Part shown: in pieces, positions 1 to 11,458 of the stretch
Layout of the letters: every line of letters starts with the position of its first letter
Position numbering within the stretch: position 1 is the first letter of the stretch
NCBI RefSeq assembly: GCF_963921235.1
Contig: NC_086103.1
Span: forward strand, 117,304,001 to 117,368,000
Length of the DNA: 64,000 bases
Origin: Mobula hypostoma
Lineage: Eukaryota
Reading direction: 5' to 3'
Notes under the pieces: model-generated
Database searches by the model: none
Seen by the model: only the letters and a program-made list of their open reading frames with translations
Told to the model about the DNA's origin: nothing
Position numbers and translations under genes: made by a program

Positions 1-149
1 CAAATCAGTTCAGCAGACAAGGAGCCAATTTTCTCTGAATGATTAAAAATTAGATTTTTAAATATATGCTTCTAATAAAATTATTAAGAAGCCCAATATT
101 TATTATGTTACTACTCAATTAACAAGTAATACAGATCACTGATAGTCAG

Positions 150-510
150 GTCATCCCATTACCAACAAATCTGCACAGCATCTGGTAACCCTGTGATCTC
201 CATCATGGAGGCAGACATCATTCAAGAGCATCATTTTAGAAAATAAATCCTCACAAGGTGTCAGGCCCGATGGTATAGCTGGAAGGGTACTAAAAATCCG
301 TGCTGACCTATTGGCTGGCATGTTGATGGACACTTTCAGTCACTCACTGCTGCAGTTGGAGGTCCCATCTGCTTCAAAAGGACTTCAATCGTACTGGTGC
401 CCATGTAAACCAGGATGAGCTGCCTCAATGACTATTGGCCAGTAGCAATCACATCTACTGTGATGAAGTGCAAGGACCTTTTCCCACTGCAATTTGCCTA
501 CTGGCACAAC
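150..510 (+). mobile_element. Rex1/Babar-type LINE RT fragment (left part, interrupted by CR1; resumes ~2399-2535)
   Basis: Decayed Rex-type RT motifs (CLNDYWPVAITSTVMKC, PLQFAY) continue after the CR1 insertion (LDHLDNSNT, AFNTIIP-like); the same motifs occur in the Rex copy at 62745-64000. Confidence 0.7.
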
Positions 511-513
511 AGT

Positions 514-2400
514 ATACATAGAAACATAGAAAATAGGTGCAGGAGTAGGCCATTCGGCCCTTCGAGCCTGCACCGCCATTTATTATGATCATGGCTGATC
601 ATCCAACTCAGAACCCCGCCCCAGCCTTCGCTCCATACCCCCTGATCCCCGTAGCCACAAGGGCCATATCTAACTCCCTCTTAAATATAGCCAATGAACT
701 GGCCTCAACAGTTTGCTGTGGCAGAGAATTCCACAGATTCACCACTCTCTGTGTGAAGAAGTTTTTCCTAATCTCGGTCCTAAAAGGCTTCCCCTCTATC
801 CTCAAACTGTGACCCCTCGTTCTGGACCTCCCCAACATCGGGAACAATCTTCCCGCATCTAGCCTGTCCAATCCCTTTAAGATCTTATACGTTTCAATCA
901 GATCCCCCCTCAATCTTCTAAATTCCAACGAGTACAAGCCCAGTTCATCCAGTCTTTCTTCATATGAAAGACCTGCCATCCCAGGAATCAATCTGGTGAA
1001 CCTTCTTTGTACTCCCTCTATGGCAAAGATGTCTTTCCTCAGATTAGGGGACCAAAACTGCACACAATACTCCAGGTGTGGTCTCACCAAGGCCTTGTAC
1101 AACTGCAGTAGTACCTCCCTGCTCCTGTACTCGAATCCTCTCGCTATAAATGCCAGCATACCGTTCGCCTTTTTCACCGCCTGCTGTACCTGCATGCCCA
1201 CTTTCAATGACTGGTGTATAATGACACCCAGGTCTCGTTGCACCTCCCCTTTTCCTAATTGGCCACCATTCAGATAATAATCTGTTTTCCTATTTTTGCC
1301 ACCAAAGTGGATAACTTCACATTTATCCACATTAAATTGCATCTGCCATGAGTTTGCCCACTCACCCAACCTATCCAAGTCACCCTGCATCCTCCTAGCA
1401 TCCTCCTCACTGCTAACACTGCCACCCAGCTTCGTGTCATCCGCAAACTTGGAGATGCTGCATTTAATTCCCTCATCCAAGTCATTAATATATATTGTAA
1501 ACAACTGGGGTCCTAGCACTGAGCCTTGCGGTACCCCACTAGTCACCGCCTGCCATTCTGAAAAGGTCCCGTTAATTCCCACTCTTTGCTTCCTGTCTGC
1601 TAACCAATTCTCCACCCACACCAATACCTTACCCCCAATACCGTGTGCTTTAAGTTTGCACACTAATCTCCTGTGTGGGACCTTGTCAAAAGCCTTTTGA
1701 AAATCCAAATATACCACATCCACTGGTTCTCCCCTATCCACTCTACTAGTTACATCCTCAAAAAATTCTATGAGATTCGTCAGACATGATTTTCCTTTCA
1801 CAAATCCATGTTGACTTTGTCCGATCATTTCACCGCTTTCCAAATGTGCTGTTATCACATCCTTGATAACTGACTCCAGCAGTTTCCCCACCACCGACGT
1901 TAGGCTAACCGGCCTATAATTCCCCGGTTTCTCTCTCCCTCCTTTTTTAATAAGTGGGGTTACATTAGCCACCCTCCAATCCTCAGGAACTAGTCCAGAA
2001 TCTAACGAGTTTTGAAAAATTATCACTAATGCATCCACTATTTCTTGGGCTACTTCCTTAAGCACTCTGGGATGCAGACCATCTGGCCCTGGGGATTTAT
2101 CTGCCTTCAATCCCTTCAATTTACCTAACACCACTTCCCTACTAACATGTATTTCACTCAGTTCCTCCATCTCACTGGACCCTCTGTCCCTTACTATTTC
2201 TGGAAGATTATTTATGTCCTCCTTAGTGAAGACAGAACCAAAGTAATTATTCAATTGGTCTGCCATGTCCTTGCTCCCCATAATCAATTCACCTGTTTCT
2301 GTCTGCAGGGGACCTACATTTGTCTTTATCAGTCTTTTCCTTTTTACATATCTATAAAAGCTTTTACAGTCTGTTTTTATGTTCTCTGCCAGTTTTCTCA
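514..2400 (-). mobile_element. Young 5'-truncated CR1 LINE
   Basis: Open RT ORF, 3' UTR and (TTCTATGT)n tail at ~514-531; near-identical by eye to the copy at 33170-35185. Confidence 0.95.
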
Positions 2401-2401
2401 C
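608..2401 (-). CDS. CR1 ORF2 reverse transcriptase (C-terminal 597 aa, uninterrupted, no endonuclease)
   Basis: Motifs KSPGPDG, NYRPVSLTS, YLDFQKAFDKV, GVPQGSVLGP, KFADDTK, RPHLEYC. Confidence 0.9.
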   Translation of the reverse strand: MRKLAENIKTDCKSFYRYVKRKRLIKTNVGPLQTETGELIMGSKDMADQLNNYFGSVFTKEDINNLPEIVRDRGSSEMEELSEIHVSREVVLGKLKGLKADKSPGPDGLHPRVLKEVAQEIVDALVIIFQNSLDSGLVPEDWRVANVTPLIKKGGREKPGNYRPVSLTSVVGKLLESVIKDVITAHLESGEMIGQSQHGFVKGKSCLTNLIEFFEDVTSRVDRGEPVDVVYLDFQKAFDKVPHRRLVCKLKAHGIGGKVLVWVENWLADRKQRVGINGTFSEWQAVTSGVPQGSVLGPQLFTIYINDLDEGIKCSISKFADDTKLGGSVSSEEDARRMQGDLDRLGEWANSWQMQFNVDKCEVIHFGGKNRKTDYYLNGGQLGKGEVQRDLGVIIHQSLKVGMQVQQAVKKANGMLAFIARGFEYRSREVLLQLYKALVRPHLEYCVQFWSPNLRKDIFAIEGVQRRFTRLIPGMAGLSYEERLDELGLYSLEFRRLRGDLIETYKILKGLDRLDAGRLFPMLGRSRTRGHSLRIEGKPFRTEIRKNFFTQRVVNLWNSLPQQTVEASSLAIFKRELDMALVATGIRGYGAKAGAGF

Positions 2402-3106
2402 TGGCTCTCCACTAAGCCTTGGACCATCTGGACAACAGCAATACCCATAGCAGGCTGCTGTTCATAGCTCACTATTGAACACCATCATCCCCTCAGTACT
2501 AATCAACAAGTTTCAAAACCTGGGCCTCTGTAAATCTTGACTCTCAAGGTTGTTGGACTGGATTCTAAAGCAGGCTTAATGAGTGGGCTTGTAGAGAACA
2601 AATTATATACAAGGATTATATGAGGAACTTCGAACAATTGCGGGCGCAGAAACGATGAAATTCTTGTTTGACTGTTAGACCTTTGCATGGCCCCTTCCTT
2701 TAAGATCTTGATAAGTGAAAAAGGTTTTGAATCTGCTTATACAAACATTTTTTTTGCTGTTCTGAGCACCACTAATATCTGAATTATTTTTTGCACATTT
2801 TGGTTTAACATTAATTTATTAAAGAGTGTTGGATCTAAAATCGGTGCACAAGCAACTCTGTGCTATTTGAGCAGTTGCTAGCCAAACTGTATGTATGAAA
2901 ATAGAACCTACTGAATTTTGACCTTTTGTTTGGTTACGAGTCCCAACCCAAAATGTGAACTCATACTGACCTCACAATGGTGCTTCATCTACTAAGTGCT
3001 TCCAAATTTAGTTCTGTTTTGATCTTCCTTTAAACTTAATTTGAACTTTTTGTGCTTATATATTGACTGCTGACTCAAATCAATCAATTCAAATGAAATA
3101 AATGAG

Positions 3107-3688
3107 AACAACAGGAATTCTGCAGATGCTGGAAATTCAAGCAACACACATCAAAGTTGCTGGTGAACGCAGCAGGCCAAGCAGCATCTATAGGAAGAGG
3201 CGCAGTCGACGTTTCAGGCCGAGACCCTTCGTCAGGACTAACTGAAGGAAGAGTGAGTAAAGGATTTAAAAGCTGGAGGGGGAGGGGGAGATGCAAAATG
3301 ATAGGAGAAGACAGGAGGGGGAGGGATAGAGCTGAGAGCTGGACAGGTGATAGGCAAAAGGGGATACGAGAGGATCATGGGACAGGAGGTCCGGGAAGAA
3401 AGACAAGTTGGGGGGGGTGACCCAGAGGATGGGCAAGAGGTATATTCAGAGGGACAGAGGGAGAAAAAGGAGAGTGAGAGAAAGAATGTGTGCATAAAAA
3501 TGAGTAACAGATGGGGTACGAGGGGGAGGTGGGGCCTTAGCGGAAGTTAGAGAAGTCAATGTTCATGCCATCAGGTTGGAGGCTACCCAGACGGAATATA
3601 AGGTGTTGTTCCTCCAACCTGAGTGTGGCTTCATCTTTACAGTAGAGGAGGCCGTGGATAGACATGTCAGAATGGGAATGAGATGTGG
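3107..3688 (-). mobile_element. Penelope-like element 3' fragment (end of GIY-YIG ORF, 3' UTR, hammerhead)
   Basis: Encodes ATLRLEEQHLIFRLGSLQPDGMNIDFSNFR; 10-bp TSD AATAAATGAG at 3097-3106 and 3689-3698. Confidence 0.9.
3204..3239 (-). ncRNA. Minimal type I hammerhead ribozyme motif (intact core)
   Basis: Minus strand reads AGTC-CTGACGA-AGGGTCTCGGCCT-GAAA-CG-TC-GACT: stem I AGTC/GACT, core CUGANGA and GAAA, GUC cleavage triplet. Confidence 0.75.
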
Positions 3689-4422
3689 AATAAATGAGGA
3701 CCATTTTTATATAATTTCAATGTTAAAAATTACTAATTTCAGAAAAAAAATCTTTGAATTATGCAGAGATTGAACTGATTTCAATGATACATTTCCTGTC
3801 TATGGAAAAGAGAAATGCTCAGCTTTGTAGGATAAATGCACATGGATAATAGCTGCTATCTTCCATGAACTCTATTGTGGCTTACTAGGAATGGTGCAGT
3901 GTGTAGAACTGCAGATAATATTGCCAAGGGCGAGAATCACATCACACTTTATAAATGATATTGAACAGGACAGGATCAATTATAATGCACTAGTCACCTT
4001 TCCAACATCATACAAACAGCAAGTGATATGTTATCCAACATTGTTTTCCAGTACAAGTGTCTGACACTCACATACAAAACTTGATCTACAAACTCCCACA
4101 TTTTCTATTTCAACACTATTCAAATATATACTCAGTTAATGTCGGGAGACTTCAGAAGGCAGTTAACCTCACTGGATGCACTTCCTAGTTTCAACGGAAC
4201 TTCAATGGAATTTCCAAGATACTGAACTGAGGCCTGCACATATCCAACTAAGAACTCTGAACAAACCGTTGAAACTAGGAAGTGAACTTCTGACTTCAAC
4301 TGTAAGTGTGAGGTGTTGTACTATCAGAGGACAAAACAGGGTAAGACTTGAATAGTGACTGGTGAGATCTTAGCCGTGTCAAAGAATGAAGGGACCTGGC
4401 AATATAGATCCATAGTTCCTTG

Positions 4423-5028
4423 TGTAATGTTCAGTTATATTGGCTTGTATATGTCTAGGGGAAATTCCACCCAGCATCTGCCTCAATGCTTCACACGGGG
4501 TCAGTTGCCGCCCGAATCAATCCCAAACATCAATCATCAGCCAGCACACCCAGTAAATTTTAACAAGTACACTTTATAATTACTAATTCTATGACATTAA
4601 TATAAATTCAATACAGAAAAGAAAGTAATAAAAAAAAAGCGCCAACGCTTATCAAAGTCCAAGTTCTTCGTGCGCAACCGTTGGAGCTCAATCAATTCCT
4701 GACGACCACCCGGATCCTGTCGACTCACGGCTCGGGACCACCCGAAGTGATCGACCGGAGCCTTTCCACACGTCTGCTGTCCTCTCCGTCTCTCCTCCGA
4801 CTTCCCGTCAAAAACCCCGTTCCCAGTTATATGAGACAGCATTATCATCCGAAAAAAACAATACATGAACACCCATTGGCTAATAGCACTCTGCTATCTG
4901 TATTAACCCAAGCAAATGTCTAGTTAGAGACTTACTCAGCATTTAACATAACAAAGAAGCATTCCCCAGTATAACATAACAAAGAAGCCATTTTAAATCT
5001 AACAAACAAAAAAGAAAGACCCCGTACA
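4423..5028 (-). repeat. 3' LTR of the Gypsy element
   Basis: Direct repeat of 10817-11458; adjacent polypurine tract GTGGGGGGAGAG (minus strand) at 5029-5040. Confidence 0.95.
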
Positions 5029-5050
5029 CTCTCCCCCCACCAAATAAAAG

Positions 5051-8000
5051 TCATGCCCTCATGATGTTAACAGGGTTCACCAGTGCTCCTTGTAAAACAC
5101 AAAACCCAACCCAGGTGCATAAAGCAGTGACATGACTTCTCAGGGCTGTAGAGATCACACCCTGTTCTCCCTGCGCTGTATAAGTCAACCTCTCCTGGGG
5201 GATGCCTACTCCTCTGAGACCTCTGTACTTCCTCTGCTGACTCTCCCTGTTCAGACACCCCAGGTGACACCCCGGGCCTGCCTGTTGGACCCTCACCCTC
5301 ACGGGGACCCCTTGGCACCTGTGAGCCCTCTGCCTCAGGTTCTGCCTCCACCCTCTCCTCCCCAATCCCGGCTGTAATACAGGCGGCTTTGCAACACCCT
5401 CCCTCGTTTCCCCTAACTCAGTGATGGAAGGGCCAGGAGCCTCTTCTCCCGGCACTGGGGAATCAACGAACGGAAACAGGTACCACGCGTCCGAATCATC
5501 GTCTTCTGACGACGTATCCCTTTTCGAGGTGGAGACCGGCCCCGTCTCTTTCGCAGCGGGCTCTTCCCTCGCCCCGCGCCCTCGCAGAGTTCTCGTACCA
5601 GCCGTAAACTCCCATTCGGGCTCTGAGTCTACCTTCACCTCTCGACCCAGAGGCAACAGGTGGTTCCGATGGAGTACCTTGACAGACCCCTTCCCATCTT
5701 CGGGTCTCACCCGATAAACAGGGAGATTCGGCATCTGACTCTCCACCACATAGGGGGTGGCTGCCCAACGGTCCGCCAACTTGTGCTTACCAGGTAGTCC
5801 TAAATTCCGGATAAGGACTCGGTCTCCCGGCAATAGCTGGACGAACTTTACTTTCTGATCATACCTCTTCTTATTCCGCTGGTTCTGCTTGGTGGCTGCC
5901 GCCTCAGCCAACTCGTACGCCCTTTTCAACTCTCTCCTCATATCGGACACTTACTTCAGATATGGCTTCGAAGGTATTTCACCCGCTTCAGTCCCAAAAC
6001 ACAGATCAATGGGCAACCTCACTTCCCATCCGAACACAGATAATAGGGCGAGTACCCCATAGCGTCATTGCGAGTACAATTGTAACAGCGAACCAAATGG
6101 GTGATGTGCTGACTCCACTTACTCTTCTGTCCAATCTCCAAAGTGCTGAGCATGTCCAGCAGGGTCCGGTTAAACCTCTCGGGCTGAGGATCACCCTGCG
6201 GGTGATAGGGGGTGGTTCTGGATTTCTCAACCCCAAGCATATCCAGTAATTCATGGATAAGCCTGCTCTCGAAGTCCCATCCCTGATCACTATGGATCCG
6301 CTGGAGAAGGCCATAATGAACAAAGTACTTCTCCCATAACACCTTCGTCACTGTAGTCGCTTTCTGATCCTTAGTAGGAAAAGCCTGCGCGTATCTAGTG
6401 TAGTGATCCATGAGGACCAAGACATTGCGGTGTTGCTGGTGTCTGGCTCAATAGACAGGAAATCCATACACACCAGGTCCATTGGTCCCGCACTCTGCAA
6501 GTGGGATAACGGGGCCGCCTGCGCAGACAGGGTCTTCCTCCTGACGCAACGGCTACAGGTCTTACAGTATTCTTCCACCTCCCCCCTCTTCCGGGGCCAG
6601 TCAAACCCGTCCTTGACTAATCCACAGGTCTTCTCTACCCCTAAGTGACTGGAATCATCATGTAGAGCCTGGAGCCCAGTCTTCCGATACTTCTCAGGCA
6701 TGACCAGCTGCCAGCGCCGGGGGTGGTCCGGGGGCGACGTGACCCGGTACAGGACGTGGTTCTTCAGCTTCAACCGGGGCCACTCCTTCAGTAGTAGGGG
6801 AACGGAGGCATGTTTCACCTTCTCCACCTGGCCCATATCACCCTGGCTAACCGCGTACCAGATAGTGCTAATGCTCGGGTCATCATGCTGAGCCGCCTCC
6901 ACTTCCTGGGGACTCAACTCCAGCAGCTGCCTGTTCCTCAGAGCAGTCAAATTACAGTAAACAGTGGGTAGCACATCATCGTCAACCCCCAATTGATCCA
7001 CTGCCCGATCCGTTCCCATCGAGGCTCCTGCTTCCCCGTCGCTCCCAACTTGACACATGGCCTTTACTCCCAGGGCAGGGACACTCTTCCACTCCTCAGC
7101 CGTGCCTGACTCATCGTGCGCCCAACGAGATGGAGCATCTGCATCGATGTTCCGACTCCCCGGGCGGTACTTCAGGCTGAACTCATAGGCAGACAAGGCC
7201 GCTAACCACCGGTGCCCAGTAGCATCCAGCTTGGCCGAGGTCAGGATATAAGTGAGGGAGTTGTTGTCAGTTCTCACCTCAAACTGGGCCCTGTATAGAT
7301 AGTCACTCAACTTGTCCACCACCTCCCATTTCAACGCCAGGAACTCCAGCTTGTGAGTGGGATAGTTTCTCTCAGATGGCGACAAGCTCCGGCTGACAAA
7401 CGCCACCGGCCTCAATCCGTTGCCCTGTTCCTGGTACAGGATAGCCCCCAGACCCTCGTGACTGGCATCAGTGTGTAGGACATACGGCTTCCGGGGATCA
7501 GCAAAAGCCAACACCGGGGCCTGTGTCAGCGCCCTTTTTAGAGATTGGAATGCCTCCTCATATTGAGCATCCCACCTCGATCCAAAAGGCTCCCCTGGGT
7601 TCAAGTATCCGTCTACCTCTGCCCCTCGGTCTCCCTTCCTCTTCCACCCCACAGGTGGATAACCACACAACAGCTGGTTCAATGGGTGACTCATTTTCGC
7701 ATATCCTTTCACAAATCGCCGGTAATATCCGCAAAAACCCCAAAAACGAGTGTAAGGCGCTCACCTTCTGGGGTCTCGGCCAGGTGGTTACTGCGACTAT
7801 CTTAGCCGGATCAGTGGCCACTCCATTTCGCGAGATTATGTGCCCGACATAACTGACCGACGTCTTACAGAACTGACATTTATCCAGGGAAAGTTTTAAC
7901 CCTTCCTCCTTCAGCCGACTCAGCATCTTCAGCAGCCGCTCCTCATGTTCCTCCAACGTAGATCCAAACACTATCAGGTCATCTAGGTACACCAATACCT

Positions 8001-9459
8001 CCAGCAGGTTCATATCCCCCACTGACCTCTCCATGAGCCGCTGGAAAGTGGCTGGGGCAGATAAAGGCTGTCTTCTCCTTATCAGTCTCGCTCATCGGAA
8101 TCTGGTAATATCCACTCCGCAAATCCAATACTCTAAATCACTGCGCCCCACTTAAACAGGCCAATGCGTCTTCCACCCTTTGGACCGTATACTGGTAGGG
8201 AACCGTGTGCCGGTTCAGAGTCCTATAGTCCACGCACATGCGTACCTTCCCATTTTTCTTCCTTACCACCACTATGGGGGACGCATAGGGGCTTCGGGAC
8301 TCCGCGATAATCCCTGCATCCTTCAACTGCCGCGCATCCTCCACATCTGCTGGGGCCAACCGCCACGACCTTTCTCTAAGCGGGGTGTCATTTGTCACCC
8401 GGATAGTGTGCCGAGTGCTCTTGGAACATCCCACATCAAACTCGTCCTGAGAAAAGACATCCCCTAACTTCAGCATCTTCTCCACCAGCCTGGTCTTAAC
8501 TCCGGCAGTACAGGGGAGTCTTCAAAATTAAAGGCCTCCTCGATCAGCCCCCCCTGTTCTCCAATAGTTTTCCTCCAGTGGGCTTCACGGGGGCGCTGGA
8601 CATCACCGTCACCGGGAACAAGTGTGCAAGGGGCATCCCGCACTTAAAGGTGATCTCCCTCTCCGTTATGTTCCTTACAATCACCCCCATCCGCCGTGCC
8701 TGTACGGCTTAGGGCCTCTGCAATTCAGGTCTCACCAGCGCCCCAGCCGGGAACTGGGACTCCCCTTCCAGGTTGTCTGGGGCATCTACTAGCAGGGCCT
8801 CGCCCGCCGGTACTCCGGGAAATCTGGGGGTCCCAATCACTAATGCAGCCTCCCCTGGCCATATCACCTTAGGCCTTGCCTGAGTGCACCACACCGTCCC
8901 TCGTTTGCACTCAGGATTCAGCCCCTGGGAGTCACCCACTCCTTCGAACTCCGCTCGAAACACTGGGTGTACCGAGAGCGTCTCCAGAAAGTTCTCCCCC
9001 GCCGTCTTCTTACAGGCTCCCAAGAGCTGTCGCACCACAGGGGAGGTAGTCCCCACCAGAAGGGCAGCGCCACCGGTTTCCACCGGGTCCGGACAGACCA
9101 ACACCAACGTCTCAAGGGCTTCAGACACTCCCACATTTCCCTCCGAGAATTCCAATCTCACTGACAGGTACCCATCGTACAGGTAATCACCGTCACTTAT
9201 GCCCCAAATCTCCAGTAACCCAGTACACTAACGGGGTTACTGGCAAATGCTTCAGATATTTGTTGTAGAACGACCGGTACAGTAAGGTAACCTGCGATCC
9301 GGTGTCAAGGATGGCTTTTGCAAAGACTCCCTCCATCTGTAGGGACACGCTGGAACGGGGTCCCACCAGTCCACCTGGAATAAGGGCTTGTACTTTCGTG
9401 GGTCCGATGGCTGCTTTCTGGGAACGTGTTCCTCCTGAGACTCCAGTCCGTTCCCTCAC
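5051..9459 (-). pseudogene. Gypsy pol (protease, RT, RNase H, integrase), frameshifted
   Basis: ILDTGSQVT (protease); SPYASPIVVVRKKNG, MCVDYR, YLDDLIV (RT); TDASHEGLGAIL, RNYPTHKLEFLAL (RNase H); HSDQG, TTPYHPQGD, ERFNRTL (integrase), split across many ORFs. Confidence 0.93.
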
Positions 9460-9469
9460 TGAGCCTCTC

Positions 9470-10748
9470 CTAAGTTTCCTGACACCTCTCCCTTCTCAGT
9501 GGCCCGGGGGCCCTCCCTCCTCGGAGCATCTCGCCTCTCACAATCCCTCTGCAAGTGGCCCGCTTCCCCACAGCTGTAGCACGCCCCGGGCCACTCACAT
9601 TCCCGCCGGAAATGCCTCTCTCTCCCACAGTTTTAGTACACGGTACCCGCCGCCTCCCTCCTCCCGGTATGCGCCCCCTGGGACCCTTGGATTTCTCTGA
9701 TCTCACCCCAGCTACCACCTCCTGAACCACTGAAGACCGTCCCCGGGGGTCCGAGCCCCCTGTTCGGCCCGAAGCACTCTCCTCCTCCCGCACCTCTCTA
9801 ATCAGCTGCTCGAATGATGGAGGGGGGACTCCTCTTATATGACTGCCGCATATTCCAAGCCACCCTGTCATCCTCCCGGGAACCTCTACATATCTGGCTC
9901 ATCCTCAACTTCGCCACGTCATTCGCCTTCACTACCCCTCGGCGCCGCAGCCCTGTAAGCTTCCCTTCCAGCTGGAAAATGTATTCTGAGAGCTTTTCCC
10001 CACTTCCCTGCCCCATTTGTTGAAACTCCGCTAAATGTTGCCAGGGATCTCCTGACAGTCCAAACACTTCCTCCAAAGCATCCAAACACGCCGACAGGGA
10101 AGCCGAAGGGTGTTCCGTTCTCAACTCGCGGACTACACAGGCCGCCCTGCCCCTTAAGCTTTCCACCAATCGCTGTCTCTTTTCCTCATCTGAAACTGGC
10201 CACACCTGGGACATATCCTCAATCCAGGCCTCATATTCGTCCTCCCCTTCCGGGGTGGTCCTGGCTCTTGAGAAAACTCTCAGCTTCAGGCGGGGCCCCT
10301 CAAACCTTCTCACCAGGGAGGTGATGGCAGCCACTAACTCGGAGGTCTCATCCCTAACTGGGGGACGGGGCCTGGCCAAGCCTTCCCACGCCACGCCTCC
10401 ACCCCTGGCTACTGGCACCTCCCCTGGGGCCTCATCTAGCTCTTCCTCACTTTCATCCTCCGGGAGGGTGTGGAGACCCCACGGCCCCACCTCCCGCTGG
10501 ACGTGGACTGTCGCTGGTAGTTCCAATGTCATGATGTCGGCACTCGTCCGAACCAACATCCAGCTGGACTCCAGTTCTTTCCCACCCCTTCTAGCTATAA
10601 GTTCTACCTGCCTGATACCTTTAATCAAACTCAACCCTCGCACTAGTACATCTGCTGAAATGCGAAAATCGACCCCACTTAGCACGCACGCATGATTCAC
10701 CGGTACCTCCTCCAATTCACACCAACTTACAATCTTATCTCGATCCAT
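9470..10748 (-). pseudogene. Gypsy gag with PNMA-type capsid domain, frameshifted
   Basis: MDRDKIVSWCE...HACVLSGV, LRVFS...EGEDEYEAWIE, EKRQRLVESLRGRA, GEKLSEYIFQLE. Confidence 0.85.
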
Positions 10749-10796
10749 CTTCGCACCACTTAACACGACGACTATACAGCTTTACTGAAAATCCAG

Positions 10797-10814
10797 ATCC
10801 TGGACGAGCCCCCA
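10797..10814 (-). promoter_or_regulatory. Primer binding site, tRNA-Pro type
   Basis: TGGGGGCTCGTCCAGGAT lies 2 nt from the 5' LTR; one mismatch to the known Pro PBS TGGGGGCTCGTCCGGGAT. Confidence 0.85.
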
Positions 10815-10816
10815 CT

Positions 10817-11458
10817 TGTAACGTTCAGTTATATTGGCTCGTATATGTCTAGGGGAAATCCCGCCCAGCATCTGCCTCAACACTTCACACGGGGTCAGTT
10901 GCTGCCTGAATCAATCCCAAACATCAATCATCAGCCAGCACACCCAGTAAATTTTAACAAGTACACTTTATAGATATTACTAATTCTATGACATTAATAT
11001 AAATTCGGTACAGAAAAGGAAGTAATGAAACAAAAGCGCCAACGCTTATCAAAGTCCAAGTTCTTCGTGCACAACCATTGGAGCTCAATCAATTCCTGAC
11101 GACCACCCGGATCCTGTCGACTCACGGCTCGGGACCACCTGAAGTGATCGACCGGAGCCTTTCCACACGTCTGCTGTCCTCTCCATCTCTCCTCCGATTC
11201 CCTGTCTCTCCTCCGACTCCCCGTCTCTCCTCCGACTCCCCGTCTCTCCTCCGACTCCCCATCAAAAACCCCATCCCCAGTCATATGAGACAGCATTATC
11301 ATCCAAAAAAAATGACACATGAATACCCATTGGCTAATAGCACCCTGCTATCTATAATAACCCAAGCAACTGTCTAGTTAGAGACTTTCTCAGCATTCCC
11401 CAGTATAACATAACAAAGAAGCCATTTTAACTTTAACAAAAAAGAAAGACCCCGTACA
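10817..11458 (-). repeat. 5' LTR of the Gypsy element
   Basis: TGTAAC...GTACA on the plus strand; contains an expanded 18-bp tandem repeat at ~11180-11260. Confidence 0.95.

Larger units (their letters stand above)
4423..11458 (-). mobile_element. Full-length but decayed Gypsy/Ty3 LTR retrotransposon with PNMA-like gag
   Basis: Two TG...CA LTRs; 4-bp TSD CTTG (4419-4422 and 11459-11462); PBS; PPT; domain order gag-PR-RT-RH-IN with several frameshifts. Confidence 0.97.

Noticed and set aside
4597-4923. ORFs in the LTRs (repeated at 10994-11377)
   Set aside because: Chance ORFs duplicated because the LTRs are repeats; no env or accessory gene evidence
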